64,000 nucleotides of DNA, from positions 93,327 to 157,326 of the forward strand of contig DAOLDD010000004.1 of the NCBI GenBank assembly GCA_035327585.1. Reading direction: 5' to 3'. This stretch comes from Kiritimatiellia bacterium. GTDB lineage: Bacteria; Verrucomicrobiota; Kiritimatiellia; CAIVKH01. Position 1 is the first letter of the stretch, and the number at the start of each line of letters is the position of its first letter. Under the pieces are notes generated by a model that saw only the letters and a list, made by a program, of their open reading frames with translations, ran no database searches and was not told the DNA's origin. The position numbers and the translations under genes were made by a program. Shown piece by piece: positions 37,011-45,574 of this stretch.

Positions 37011-39596
37011 ATGAAGACGAATCGCACGGCAGCCGTGGGCGGTGATGTTTGCATTGATTGGCTTTCCGTTCCCGTCAGTCCGGCCGTGGACCGGGGGCAG
37101 GAGCCGAACTGGCGCCTATGCGGCGGAGAGCATATGTTCGCCGTGCGCGGCGGCGCCTGGCTGACCGCCGATCTGCTGGAAGCCGCGGCACCGGAAGGCG
37201 TCCGCGTTGTCAAGCCGACGCCCCGCGACCGGCTCGACAGCGTTCCGCCCGATGAAATCGTCCACTCGCTGATCCGGCTGCGCCCCGTGTCGCGAAGCCC
37301 CAAAAGCGGCGAGAAGGTTTGGCGCGTTGCGTCGTACCAAGGGTATGCGGGGCCCTGGCGGGACAACGTTTCGCCCGTGCAACCCGGCTTGGAAGCCCCC
37401 TGTTCACAACCCGACCTCATCCTGCTGGACGACGCGGGGAACGGCTATCGCGATGCGACGGCATCGTGGAAGGACTTCTTGACCGCTGCCGGCGCGACGC
37501 CGCTCGTCGTGTACAAAGGACGGCGTCCGTTGATGCGGGGCGCGCTGTGGGACACCGTGCGTGCGCGTCACGCGGAACGGACGGTCGTGGTGTTGACGGC
37601 GGGCGAAATGCGGGCCGCCGGGGCGTTGATCGGCAAGGGGCTGTCCTGGGAAAAAACCGCGTACGAGGCGTGGGTGTCGCTGGCGTTCCGGCCTTCGTTT
37701 GCCGAATTTCGCGCGTGCGCCGGCATCGTCATCACCTTTGGATTGGAGGGCGCCCTGGCGGTCGACACGCGCGGCGGCCGCCTGCACACGGCTCGGCTGT
37801 GGTACGCACCGCGCCTGATCGAAGGCGATCTCGAAAAAGTTTGCGAAGGAACGATGACCGGGTTTGGGTCGGCCTTCGCCGCCGGTCTGGCGGCCCACAT
37901 GCTGACGGCGCCGGTTGCCGGTCGGGTGGAGTCGGATGCCCTTTCGGCGGCGGCCCGGCACGGCCTTTGCTGCGCTCGCCGATTGTTGGAAGAGGCCTTC
38001 GGTCCGGTGGAGATCAAAAACGCATCCGGGCCCGCCATTCGGCGACTGCCGGCCTATCCGGAAGGCGAGACCGCCCAGGCGATCATGAAGTCGCCGCTGC
38101 GTCCCGGCGACCTCGATCTGGTGGAGTGCCCGGTGGCCCTTCTCTCCGCCGATCTGGCGCCGAACAAGGTCGAGGAGGCTCGCGCATGGCAGATCCTAAA
38201 TGTACGGCGAACCCGGTCGATGCAGGAACTGGCGGAGGAAACGCTGCTCAACGGAATTGAAAAAGCGTTTTCCGATGTGCCGACCGGAACGTTCGCGAAA
38301 CTGATCACGATCGACCGCGCGGAAATCGAGGGCCTGCGATCAATTCAGAATCTTATGGTGGAGTACATCCGGCTGCCGAACCCGGAACGTCCGCTCTGCC
38401 TGTCCGTTTTCGGACAGCCGGGATCGGGGAAGTCGTTCTGCGTAAAGCAGGTGGCTAAATCGGTTGCGGAATCCCTTCGGGATGTCGTGATCGAACCGAT
38501 CGAATTCAATCTGACCCAGTGGGCCGCGGCGGATCAACTGATCGAGGCGCTGCACCGGGTGCGGGACATCGTGTTGCGCCGGAAGGTGCCGCTGGTCTTC
38601 TTCGACGAATTCGACTCCCCGCGCGAAGGCTCAAATCTCGGCTGGCTCAAGTCCTTCCTCGCACCGATGCAGGACGGCGTGTTTTCGGATGGTCATTTCG
38701 ACTACCAGATCGGACGCGCGATATTTGTCTTTGCCGGCGGCACCTCGCATTCATTCCATGCCTTCTCGGAGTTGGGCCGCACCCTTCCCGCGGATGTGAA
38801 GGCGACGGATTTCCTGAGCCGGTTGCGTGGGCATGTGAATGTGCTGGGGTTTGACCAGCCCATCGGTACCAACATGGTTCGGCGTGCCGTCGTCCTCCGC
38901 GTCGCCCTGATGAAGCAGTTTCCGGGGTTGTTTGATGTCGGCGGCACGTTGCGTATCGACCGCGACGTGGCGCGTGCCTTTCTTACCGTTTCGGGCTACC
39001 GGCACGGCGCGCGCTCGATCGAGGCTCTTGTGGACATGAGCCGGCTGGTCGGGTGCGACCAATTCCATCCGGCCTGCCTGCCACCCCGTCCGCAGCTTGA
39101 ACAGCACGTGGATGCCGCAGCGTTCGAGCGCATCCTGCTGCGCGACCATTCGATCGGGGAACAGCTCGAGATCATCGCGCGGCGTCTGCATGAAGCCTAC
39201 CTCGCGTTTTCCTATGGCCGTGGAAAGGCGCGCAACAGCCGCCCGGCGTTGCGGGCCTGGGAGGAACTTTCGGAGTTGTACCGGAATTCCAATCGCGAAC
39301 AGGCCGCCCACATTCCGGAAAAAATGGCGGTGATCGGGCTCGAAATCCGTTTGGGTGAACCGGCGGCTTCCGACGGCGCGCCGGTCGAGGCCTTCTCGGC
39401 GGAGCAGGTGGAGCGCCTCGCGCAACTTGAGCATGTGCGCTGGATGGGGGAGCGCATGCTGGGTCAACCGGAGCATCCCGATCTGCAACCGTGGGAGGCA
39501 TTGGACGAGGATGCCAGGGAAATTGACCGCGTTGCCATCCGCGCGATCCCTGCGATCCTGCGATCGTGCAATTTATGGATCATGCCGATGCGCTGA
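37011..39596 (+). CDS. Multidomain protein: N-terminal PfkB/ribokinase-like domain (degenerate), central AAA+/P-loop ATPase, C-terminal RyR (ryanodine-receptor-type) domain
   Basis: 861 aa. The N-terminal region ends with GTMTGFGSAFAAGLAAHML, which aligns with the PfkB anion-hole motif DTTGAGDAF.G but lacks the catalytic Asp. Walker A SVFGQPGSGKSFCVKQV. Walker B VPLVFFDEFDS. Sensor-1-like FVFAGGTS. The C-terminal segment VERLAQLEHVRWMGERMLGQPEHPDLQPWEALDEDAREIDRVAIRAIPAIL matches the bacterial RyR-domain repeat (EH.RW...R...GW, DxD...D). Confidence 0.6.
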   Translation: MKTNRTAAVGGDVCIDWLSVPVSPAVDRGQEPNWRLCGGEHMFAVRGGAWLTADLLEAAAPEGVRVVKPTPRDRLDSVPPDEIVHSLIRLRPVSRSPKSGEKVWRVASYQGYAGPWRDNVSPVQPGLEAPCSQPDLILLDDAGNGYRDATASWKDFLTAAGATPLVVYKGRRPLMRGALWDTVRARHAERTVVVLTAGEMRAAGALIGKGLSWEKTAYEAWVSLAFRPSFAEFRACAGIVITFGLEGALAVDTRGGRLHTARLWYAPRLIEGDLEKVCEGTMTGFGSAFAAGLAAHMLTAPVAGRVESDALSAAARHGLCCARRLLEEAFGPVEIKNASGPAIRRLPAYPEGETAQAIMKSPLRPGDLDLVECPVALLSADLAPNKVEEARAWQILNVRRTRSMQELAEETLLNGIEKAFSDVPTGTFAKLITIDRAEIEGLRSIQNLMVEYIRLPNPERPLCLSVFGQPGSGKSFCVKQVAKSVAESLRDVVIEPIEFNLTQWAAADQLIEALHRVRDIVLRRKVPLVFFDEFDSPREGSNLGWLKSFLAPMQDGVFSDGHFDYQIGRAIFVFAGGTSHSFHAFSELGRTLPADVKATDFLSRLRGHVNVLGFDQPIGTNMVRRAVVLRVALMKQFPGLFDVGGTLRIDRDVARAFLTVSGYRHGARSIEALVDMSRLVGCDQFHPACLPPRPQLEQHVDAAAFERILLRDHSIGEQLEIIARRLHEAYLAFSYGRGKARNSRPALRAWEELSELYRNSNREQAAHIPEKMAVIGLEIRLGEPAASDGAPVEAFSAEQVERLAQLEHVRWMGERMLGQPEHPDLQPWEALDEDAREIDRVAIRAIPAILRSCNLWIMPMR

Positions 39597-39702
39597 AGGG
39601 AATTCCGTGTCGCCCCCCTCCTGCACTGTTGCGCGGCCAGCGATCCCCCTCGTGGTACAGGTGGGTTTTATCCGGGCGGGTGTCGACGTTGATGCCTCCG
39701 CG

Positions 39703-41115
39703 ATGCCTTCGCTGGCCCGCGAGATTCAGGACCGGTTGCGCCGGTTGCCGGATGCACTGGGCTTGGCGCCGTCGCACATCCCGGGAGGGATTTCCTCCCT
39801 TGGGTGCGCCGCCGACGAAGTATTTACCAGCGCCTGCGCTGAACTGCGGTGGCCCCAGCGGTTTTTCCTTCCGACGGATGCGGGTCTGGACTCGGCCTGG
39901 ATGGCGGCGCCGCACGTCATCCAGGCGCGTGTGCTGAACGAGTGCGCCGAGGTGGACGATCGCCTCGAGGATGTGGATCTGGAAATCCTGCGCGTCTGTG
40001 ACGTGCTGCTCGTGCTGGTCGATGCGGAGCGGGCTGACGCGTCGCCGTCCCCCGTGATCGCCCGCGCGCGTGTCCGGCGCAAGCCGCGGCTGGAAATCCG
40101 TCTCGAGCACTCCCCGGGCGGTGAACCCCGATGGAGGGCGGACTGGTGTGATCGGGATGAATTTAGTGTTCCAACCCTACCGGGCGAACTCGACGGCCTG
40201 CCCGGGCTGCCTCCGGGTTGTCCGTCCGCCGGAGATCTTGCTCAGCACCTACTGGGGACGGCCAACCGGCAGGCGATGGCGACACAGCGCTTCTTTCGAT
40301 GTTCCGCCCTCGTGGTGATTGGTGCGCATGTCGCCGCGACCCTGTGTGCAGTGCTTGCCCTCAAGCTCCACGGCGAAATTCAGGGCGCCATTCTGGGGCT
40401 GGAAATTGCACTGCTTGCCGCGGGCTTGGCTGCTCATCATTGGGTGCATCACGCGCAGGCCACGCGGCGCTGGAGTATGGCGCGGCTGGTGGCGGAAATC
40501 GGCCGTTCCGTGGGGGCGTTGCATGGCGTCGCCGCGTACCTGTCGCACCTCTTCACGCTGCCGTTTCCAGAATCCGTACGGCCGGTGACCCGCACGCTGC
40601 GTGTGCTGCATCTGCGCGATACGTACCGTATGCGGTGCGACGACTGGCGTGCGCGCCGGGACGCCTATCTGGAGGACCGGATCACCAACTCAAACAGCGG
40701 GCAGCTCGCGTATTATGGCCTCCACGCGGATCGCGCGGCCCGGCGCTTGAAACTGGCGCGCCGGGTGTTCCTGTCGGGATCACTCCTCGCGCTGTGTGCC
40801 GCCGCGGGGAAGTGGGTCCTGTACGCGGGCACGCACACGCAGGGCTCCGCATGGTTGCCGGGCGTGCTCGGCGCCCTGGCCATCCTGATGCCGGTGTTGT
40901 CCGTGGCCGCCCTCTCGCTCGCCGCGTCGTTTGACCTGGAGGCGCGGATGCACACCTATCGGGAGATGATGGCCTTCCTGCGCCGACAGGAGCGCTATTT
41001 GCGGGATGCGGCATCGGAGCGCGAGTTCACGGCATTGGCGCTGGAGACGGAATTCCGGCTGCTCGGCGAAACCGCCAGCTGGTATACGCGCCGATTTTTT
41101 ACCGGCGTGAACTGA
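39703..41115 (+). CDS. Membrane protein: N-terminal Rossmannoid (SLOG/flavodoxin-like?) domain plus two tandem 2TM modules (SLATT-like effector candidate)
   Basis: The start is ATG at 39703, in frame with the 39355..41115 ORF; upstream GTG alternatives exist. The N-terminal 170 aa have an alternating beta-alpha pattern (ISSLGCAADEVFTSA...VDLEILRVCDVLLVLVD). Two pairs of TM helices follow, each succeeded by a conserved charged helix (RRWSMARLVAEIGR..., LEARMHTYREMMAFLRRQERYLRDA). Confidence 0.45.
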   Translation: MPSLAREIQDRLRRLPDALGLAPSHIPGGISSLGCAADEVFTSACAELRWPQRFFLPTDAGLDSAWMAAPHVIQARVLNECAEVDDRLEDVDLEILRVCDVLLVLVDAERADASPSPVIARARVRRKPRLEIRLEHSPGGEPRWRADWCDRDEFSVPTLPGELDGLPGLPPGCPSAGDLAQHLLGTANRQAMATQRFFRCSALVVIGAHVAATLCAVLALKLHGEIQGAILGLEIALLAAGLAAHHWVHHAQATRRWSMARLVAEIGRSVGALHGVAAYLSHLFTLPFPESVRPVTRTLRVLHLRDTYRMRCDDWRARRDAYLEDRITNSNSGQLAYYGLHADRAARRLKLARRVFLSGSLLALCAAAGKWVLYAGTHTQGSAWLPGVLGALAILMPVLSVAALSLAASFDLEARMHTYREMMAFLRRQERYLRDAASEREFTALALETEFRLLGETASWYTRRFFTGVN

Positions 41116-41123
41116 TCCTCCCG

Positions 41124-42728
41124 TCAGATCCGCATCCTGCGCCGGATTTCCTCGAACAGGGCGGCCTGCGCATCGCGCACCGCCGGTAACGCGCGTGCGC
41201 GAAGAAATCGATGGGTACGCGGCGTGCGATCGGACAGTAGGGCGACCAAATCACGCAGGGACGCCAGCGCATGCGTCGTCAGCACGAACACGCTGTGGCT
41301 GCCAAGAGACAGGGGGTGCGCGCACACCGCATCCAGTTCCGCGCCCAGCCGGGACAGCCGTTCCCGGATGTCTCGCGGATCGCGTTCCGCCCGGTGCGCG
41401 GTCAGGGATTGGAGCGTCTCCGCTGCGGCGCGCAGCAATTCGGATGCGCGCCGCAGGGATTGCAGGGTCTCGGCCCGCAGCGCATCCTCCTGCGTCCGGC
41501 CAGGCAATTCCCCCACGCGTCCGTGGTCGGCCAGCACCACCGCAAGATGGGCAGGCGAGAGGCGGCGCGCGCCCCAGGTCGCGTGCAGTCGCGCGAGGAC
41601 GGATTTGAGCTCGCGTAGATTCCCCGCCCAGCGCTGGCTGCGCAGCGCGTCCACCAGTCGCGCGGGCAGGGGTGGGGCGGCGTCTCCGGCGACGCGCCGC
41701 CACAGGGCCTGCGCCAGTTCCGGAACATCCTCCGTCCTCGTGCGCAAGGTGGGCAGGTGGATGACGAATTCAATCAGCCGGTAGTACAAATCCCAATCGA
41801 AACGCCCATCCGCGGCGAGCGCACAGAGATCGCGGCTCGTGGAGGCAACGAGCCGGCCTCGTCGCGGTTTCGGCTCAACGCCGCCATCTCCGTCGCGCAG
41901 GGCCTGGCGGAGTACGACCTGATCGGCCGGTCCGAGATCGCTCACCTCGTCCAGATAGAGCGTGTAGCGGTCGGGCTCCTTCACCACCGGCAGTTTGCGC
42001 GAATGGTCGCGCTCGAACCAACCGGCGCGTTGCAGCGCGTGCCGCAAATCGTGGCCCCGCGCCGTTGCACAGGAAAGATGGACGAACGATGCGCCTGCGT
42101 TCAGGTCGTGAATCAACCGAGCGACGAAATCCTTTCCCGTTCCGTGTTCACCGGCCAGCAACACCGTCCGCCTCCGCCCGGCCGTTCGCAGCAGTGCCGT
42201 CCGCACCGTCGCCGCCGCCGCCGAACGGCCGAGAAATGTGCCCACGCCCACCGCGATTCTGGGATCAAGGGGCTCGGGCCGGGCCGCCAGCGTTCGCGTC
42301 GTCGTTTCTTTGGCTGTCGAGGCGCGAAGCCGGAGCGCGCGGAAGATTGGTTCCGGCACACCGATCACGAAGCAATTGCGGTCGCCCTGTGCGCCCGCCT
42401 GATCGAGCAGGGTGCGGATGCTGCGCAGGCATTGCGATGCATCCGAATAACTCGCCCCCCGCAACAGCGCTGCGGAAGGCTGGCGCCGCAAACGGGGATA
42501 CGGCGCCAGCGCGTGGTGCTTGGCGCCGCGGTCGAGCAGGCGCGCGCCGTGCCGCTTAAGCAGCGCGGAACAGTCGTTGAGCGGCACGACCAGCACATGC
42601 GGTTGCGGGAAGGGGCCGGTGAGCCAGGTCTCTCCGACGACGGCGATCTGCGTGAGGCCTCCGCCGGGTTCATAGCGCAACGCCTGGATGGGAGATGGGG
42701 GCATCGGGTGTTTGAGTTTCAGCAGCAT
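41124..42728 (-). CDS. Sigma-54-interaction-domain AAA+ protein lacking the GAFTGA loop and lacking a C-terminal Fis-type HTH (EBP-like regulator)
   Basis: The ORF runs 41124..42812 with a TTG start. An internal ATG at 42728 (MLLKLKHPMPP) is the alternative start. Walker A LLAGEHGTGKDFVARLIH. Walker B TLYLDEVSDL. R-finger region RLVASTSRDL. No GAFTGA between Walker A and B. The C-terminus is coiled-coil-like. Confidence 0.6.
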   Translation of the reverse strand: MLLKLKHPMPPSPIQALRYEPGGGLTQIAVVGETWLTGPFPQPHVLVVPLNDCSALLKRHGARLLDRGAKHHALAPYPRLRRQPSAALLRGASYSDASQCLRSIRTLLDQAGAQGDRNCFVIGVPEPIFRALRLRASTAKETTTRTLAARPEPLDPRIAVGVGTFLGRSAAAATVRTALLRTAGRRRTVLLAGEHGTGKDFVARLIHDLNAGASFVHLSCATARGHDLRHALQRAGWFERDHSRKLPVVKEPDRYTLYLDEVSDLGPADQVVLRQALRDGDGGVEPKPRRGRLVASTSRDLCALAADGRFDWDLYYRLIEFVIHLPTLRTRTEDVPELAQALWRRVAGDAAPPLPARLVDALRSQRWAGNLRELKSVLARLHATWGARRLSPAHLAVVLADHGRVGELPGRTQEDALRAETLQSLRRASELLRAAAETLQSLTAHRAERDPRDIRERLSRLGAELDAVCAHPLSLGSHSVFVLTTHALASLRDLVALLSDRTPRTHRFLRARALPAVRDAQAALFEEIRRRMRI

Positions 42729-42734
42729 GGGTAA

Positions 42735-42800
42735 ACTCAATCCAATACTCAAGTCCGTAATGAGCCAAAAACTCAAACTCAAGCCGGCCGACTCAATTGT
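42735..42800. repeat. Cluster of TTGAGT/ACTCAA hexamer repeats (at least 5 copies) in the divergent intergenic region between the EBP-like gene and the secreted-protein gene
   Basis: Read directly on the minus strand: ..caattgagtcggccggcttgagtttgagtttttgg..gacttgagtattggattgagttta. Confidence 0.4.
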
Positions 42801-42918
42801 CCATTCGCGCAACCCGCTGGCAGCGTGGTGGTTGCGCTTGTTGCGAAATCGCGTCCGTACGCGCGTGTGCGTGGCGGGCCGCCCGGTAGGCTGGTTCCAT
42901 CAACCAGGAGGATTGGCG

Positions 42919-43776
42919 ATGAGAAGGCGAAATTTGCGAATCGGCATGTTGACGGCCGCGCTGGGCGGTGTCGCGCTCATGGCGGAGGCGCTGGATTATA
43001 TCGTGCCCACCAACGGGGCTTCGGCATATGGCAACGTGGCCACCACGATCCCGTGCCTCTCCACCAGCGGGCGGCGATACCAGCAGGTCTTTCATGCGGG
43101 GCAGTTCGCCGGCGCGCAGCGTCCCCAGCTTGTACGCGGCGTGCGTTTCCGGCTGGCCACCGTGTCCGGCACTTCGTACCTGGCGGGATCGCCCATGGAT
43201 GTCCGGCTGTCCACTACGAGTCGAAATCCTGATGGTTTGAGCGCGACCTTCGCGGACAACCCAGGCGCCGACGAGACGCTGGTCTATTCCGGCACCAACT
43301 GGCAGTTCATGACCGCGAGTGGATTGGGCCGCTTCTACTTCAGCATCTTCTTCCAGCAGCCCTTCCACTACGACCGGTCGCAGGGCAATCTGCTGCTGGA
43401 TATCCGCATGCCCGGTTCCTACAGTTTTTCCGGTTATTCGTTCGACGCGACGAACGCGACCGGGGACTCCGTTTCCCGGCTCTATGCCAATGTCACCAAC
43501 GCCACGTCCGGCACTGCGGACAGCACGGGCGTGTTCGCGGAATTCGTGTTCCTGGACACGCAACTCACCAACGTGACCCATGCGACGGAGGCGCAGGAAT
43601 TGCACCTCCGCTGGTTGAGCGTCAGCAACGCCGAATACCGGGTGCAGGGCGCCGAAACCATCACGGGATCCTACGCCAATCTCTCGTCGCCCATCACGGG
43701 GCGGGCGCCCGTCAATGTCGCAACGCAAGCGTTGGGAAGCGCTTACCGATTCTTCCGAATTATGCGGGAAAAATGA
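42919..43776 (+). CDS. Secreted hypothetical protein (signal peptide; Ser/Thr/Gly/Asn-rich beta-rich domain)
   Basis: The start is Met at 42919 with SD AGGAGG at 42907-42912. Signal peptide MRRRNLRIGMLTAALGGVALMAEA. No family motif recognised. Confidence 0.5.
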   Translation: MRRRNLRIGMLTAALGGVALMAEALDYIVPTNGASAYGNVATTIPCLSTSGRRYQQVFHAGQFAGAQRPQLVRGVRFRLATVSGTSYLAGSPMDVRLSTTSRNPDGLSATFADNPGADETLVYSGTNWQFMTASGLGRFYFSIFFQQPFHYDRSQGNLLLDIRMPGSYSFSGYSFDATNATGDSVSRLYANVTNATSGTADSTGVFAEFVFLDTQLTNVTHATEAQELHLRWLSVSNAEYRVQGAETITGSYANLSSPITGRAPVNVATQALGSAYRFFRIMREK

Positions 43777-43840
43777 CTTGAGACCGGGACGACTTCCGGC
43801 GTCCACTGGACTGGCGTACGTCGGATCGGAGGGGGCTGGC

Positions 43841-44269
43841 ATGAAGGATATCGACCAAGTCGGGGCGATCGCCGTCGGGATGCATGAACGCCGTCTGGAC
43901 GGCGTTGGCAAGATTCGCCTGCCCCGCGACTGGCTTCCGCTGTATGCAGACCCACGATGCCGAATGATCGTGCTTGCGCGGTGCGAGAACACGCACCTGA
44001 TTATCCTTCGGGCGGATGCGCGGGCGGCATTGGAGCGGGTACCGGGGGACCCCTCGGCGATGGCGCGGCACATCATCGATAACACCTGCGACGCCGCGCT
44101 GGACGCGCGGGGTTGGTTCCGCGTTCCACCTGCATTTTGCGATGTGTTTGAGGGCCAAACGAACCTCGTGTTCGTGGGGTGCATGACCCACGGGGAGCTG
44201 TGGTCGTGCGCGCAGTGGCGACGCTATCAGGAGCAACATCCCTTTCCGTTCGATAAGCCGGGTCTATAG
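43841..44269 (+). CDS. mraZ: MraZ-family protein (tandem SpoVT/AbrB-like domains)
   Basis: The start is Met at 43841 with SD GGAGGGGG. The first repeat DGVGKIRLPRDWLPLY matches the MraZ DxxGR(I/L)x(L/V)P motif. The second repeat is DARGWFRVPPAF...LVFVGCMTHGELWS. It is not followed by rsmH/ftsL as in a canonical dcw cluster. Confidence 0.65.
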   Translation: MKDIDQVGAIAVGMHERRLDGVGKIRLPRDWLPLYADPRCRMIVLARCENTHLIILRADARAALERVPGDPSAMARHIIDNTCDAALDARGWFRVPPAFCDVFEGQTNLVFVGCMTHGELWSCAQWRRYQEQHPFPFDKPGL

Positions 44270-44280
44270 GAGGAATCGGC

Positions 44281-44556
44281 ATGCGCCTGACGAGATGCAT
44301 CAAGGTCCGAAACATTTGGGGCATCTGCGCGCGCCCGGCCGCCTTGATCGTGAAGATGATCATGGTGCGGGCAGCCGACCATGAGGTCACCATGCAGAAA
44401 GAGAACCAGCAGGTCAGCGCGCGCAGCATCATGGGGTTGTTGACGCTGGAGGGATATTGCGGGTCCGAAATCATCGTCACGGTGGAGGGTCCGGAGGCGG
44501 ACCGGGTGTTGAATGAAATCGAAAAGTTATTTGATGAAAAATTTGGATGGGAGTGA
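44281..44556 (+). CDS. HPr-like phosphocarrier-fold protein with Cys at the His15 position (Crh-like regulatory HPr)
   Basis: 91 aa. NIWGICARPAALIVK aligns with the HPr active-site motif G(L/I)HARPA, with His replaced by Cys. The Ser46-region-like segment SARSIMGLLTLEG is retained. Confidence 0.6.
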   Translation: MRLTRCIKVRNIWGICARPAALIVKMIMVRAADHEVTMQKENQQVSARSIMGLLTLEGYCGSEIIVTVEGPEADRVLNEIEKLFDEKFGWE

Positions 44557-45574
44557 GCGGATCGGGTTGGATGTGCTCGCATCACCCGAACGGCTCGCGC
44601 TGGGGATCGGCGTGGTCGGTCTCATTGCGCTCGGGCTCTTTCTGGTGGCCGGCTCGACCCCGGAACGCCTGCCCGTGCATGTGGGCTGGCTGCTTGCGGG
44701 CGGAGTGGGCGCCGCGCTGGCGGCCCGGGGCGGTTTTGACGCGCGTCCGGGCATGCTGACGCTCCTGGCGGCGCCGCTGGCGGCTGGCTTGGTCTATGGC
44801 TTTATTCATCCGTCATTAATCCGTCCATGGAATGCCGCGGTGCTGCCGGCTTTGTCCGCGCTGATCGGTGTCCTCTGGCTCTCCGCGCGCGCCGTCCCGC
44901 TCGGGCGCGCGGCATACGGCGCGCTGCTTGTTGCCGCTGTTGGCGCGCTGGGAATCCAGCGCAATATTGCGGCGCTGGTCGCGACCGGGTTGACGGGTCT
45001 GATTTTGCTTCGTTGCGCGGGCGTGCGCCGGAGCGCGCTGTTGCTGGGCCTGTGCTTCATGAGCTCGGCCTTGCTCGTCGTTTGGATGCAGGATCCGGTC
45101 TTCCTTCGTCGCATGGCCCCTGCGGTGCATACCGATGTCGGCGGGACGCACGCACGGCCGTTGACCGTCCAGGCCATGCGCGCCGGCGGGTGGACCGGAA
45201 GCGATCCGTCGGAAAGCCTGCTTCTCCGTTACGCACGCCAGGACAGCACCCGCGCGTTTGCGGGTGCGCGAATGGTCGAAAAATGGGGGGGCGGCGCCCT
45301 GCTGATCGCGGGACTGGCGTATGGCGTTATCGCCGGCGCGGCATGGCGGATTCATCGCTCAACGCAACATCCGGCGGATCGCCTGACCGCCGTCGCCGCG
45401 CCCTCGTTGCTGGTGATTCCCGCGGTCTGGCATCTGGTCGGCATCACGCAGGCGCTTCCATTTCGCGGGATCGCGTTGCCGCTGGTCAGTCACGATGGCC
45501 CAATGCTGGTGATCTCGCTGGTGGCGGTGGGCTGGCTTTTCGTCGTCCGGCGTGGAGCGCACACGCCATGCTGA
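44534..45574 (+). CDS. SEDS-family (FtsW/RodA/SpoVE-like) membrane protein with degenerate conserved motifs
   Basis: The ORF runs 44513..45574 and overlaps the HPr-like gene; the exact start is uncertain. About 9-10 TM helices. The C-terminal GIALPLVSHDGPMLVISLVAVGWLF aligns with the SEDS GxPLPFxSYGGSS...G..L motif but has SHDGPM. The periplasmic-loop motif PEAHTDFIF appears as PAVHTDVGG. Confidence 0.55.
   Translation: MKNLDGSERIGLDVLASPERLALGIGVVGLIALGLFLVAGSTPERLPVHVGWLLAGGVGAALAARGGFDARPGMLTLLAAPLAAGLVYGFIHPSLIRPWNAAVLPALSALIGVLWLSARAVPLGRAAYGALLVAAVGALGIQRNIAALVATGLTGLILLRCAGVRRSALLLGLCFMSSALLVVWMQDPVFLRRMAPAVHTDVGGTHARPLTVQAMRAGGWTGSDPSESLLLRYARQDSTRAFAGARMVEKWGGGALLIAGLAYGVIAGAAWRIHRSTQHPADRLTAVAAPSLLVIPAVWHLVGITQALPFRGIALPLVSHDGPMLVISLVAVGWLFVVRRGAHTPC

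Noticed and set aside
42793-44184. 463-aa minus-strand ORF
   Set aside because: It is antisense to the secreted-protein gene (which has an SD and a signal peptide) and to the mraZ-like gene. It has no motifs.
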